Below are positions 63,251 to 64,000 of a stretch of DNA of 64,000 nt, one piece after another; the first letter of the stretch is position 1, and the number at the start of each line of letters is the position of its first letter. The translations under genes and the position numbers were made by a program. Source of the stretch: Octopus bimaculoides. Lineage: Eukaryota. The stretch is from the NCBI RefSeq assembly GCF_001194135.2, contig NC_068994.1:4746280-4810279 (forward strand), in the 5' to 3' direction. The notes under the pieces were generated by a model that did not search any database, was not told the DNA's origin, and saw nothing but the letters and a program-made list of their open reading frames with translations.

Positions 63251-64000
63251 ATAATCCAGCAATGGGTCAGCATCGTGTCCAGTGGGGAACCAGGAAACTG
63301 GCCCTTAGCCTATATAACTTGGGAAGGATCTTTACCCTTTTTTAATTATTCCAACCCCAATATGGTTGAAGATAAGGCAGGATGGTCATGGTGGAACGTC
63401 TTTGATTGTAAATCTGCTGTATCAGAGCTTAACAACAATCCCAGCACTAATATTGTATGATATAGTCTTAGATAAACTATGGCTGTAAAACAGACAGGAT
63501 GACCATTGCTGGAATGGGTTTGATCTTCACCTCCTGCATCAGAAATAACCCCTGGTTAAACAATGGCAGTAACAACTCTTAGAACAGCCCCAAAAATGCA
63601 TGGATAAGTTTGGTGTAGCCGCCACATGTTTGTGTTGTAACTGCATTTCTACTGTAAAACTAAATGTGTTGTCTAGTTTGGAGTTTTATTGAGAAGACTT
63701 CTGCATGGTACGACCAATTAGTTAGTACAGATATATCCCTTCTGTGGTGGGTGTACATATTTCAACATACATGTATTGGTCTTCTTTGTGTTTGTATATA
63801 TCTTAACATAAATGTGGCATCAGAGCTTTAACATATATACATCATATTTCTGAAGCTGTATATAAAATATATGTATATATATATATATATATGTGTGTAT
63901 GTGTGTATATATGGATATGAGTGCGTGCATATATATATATATATATATATATTTCTGTATTTTAAATATGGGTGTGTATGTATGTGTAATAAAAATATAG

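Larger units (their letters stand above)
1..64000. other. Assembly gaps (13) and dense (TA)n/(TG)n/(GA)n/(TAA)n/(TCTA)n microsatellites; many further SINE fragments not listed individually
   Basis: N runs at 5407-5869, 10394-10824, 15913-16040, 20960-21006, 26951-27257, 28474-29284, 30978-30987, 34535-34703, 35703-35955, 36643-36816, 42154-43069, 47844-47933 and 56293-56305. Confidence 0.98.

Overview
Eukaryotic, microsatellite-saturated scaffold with 13 N-gaps. The repeat families and C2H2 genes suggest a coleoid cephalopod, probably Octopus; this is an inference from sequence texture, not a database result. There are two convincing protein-coding genes. Both are C2H2 zinc-finger genes with a single coding exon and a polyQ tract, and neither has a recognisable KRAB/SCAN/BTB/ZAD domain. 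They are arranged head-to-head: ZNF-A (29559-31526, minus, 10 fingers with a 2-finger period) and ZNF-B (55996-58396, plus, 16 fingers with a 4-finger period, split by a 13-N gap). A CpG-retaining stretch (about 36.2-44.8 kb) lies between them and holds candidate divergent 5' ends. The rest is SINEs, RTE and R4/Dong-like LINE fragments, Tc1/mariner MITEs, a 30-bp palindromic minisatellite and simple repeats. The most striking observation is three type I hammerhead ribozyme folds found by reading the sequence. One is at 35354-35450 in a probable Penelope-like remnant. The other two form the arms of a 243-bp near-perfect palindrome (53384-53626), so each strand encodes a hammerhead preceded by its own antisense. 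The two ZNFs also share a C-terminal LWPxxYP motif, and their recognition helices point to simple-repeat targets. No tools were run: all alignments, folds and family assignments were made by eye.
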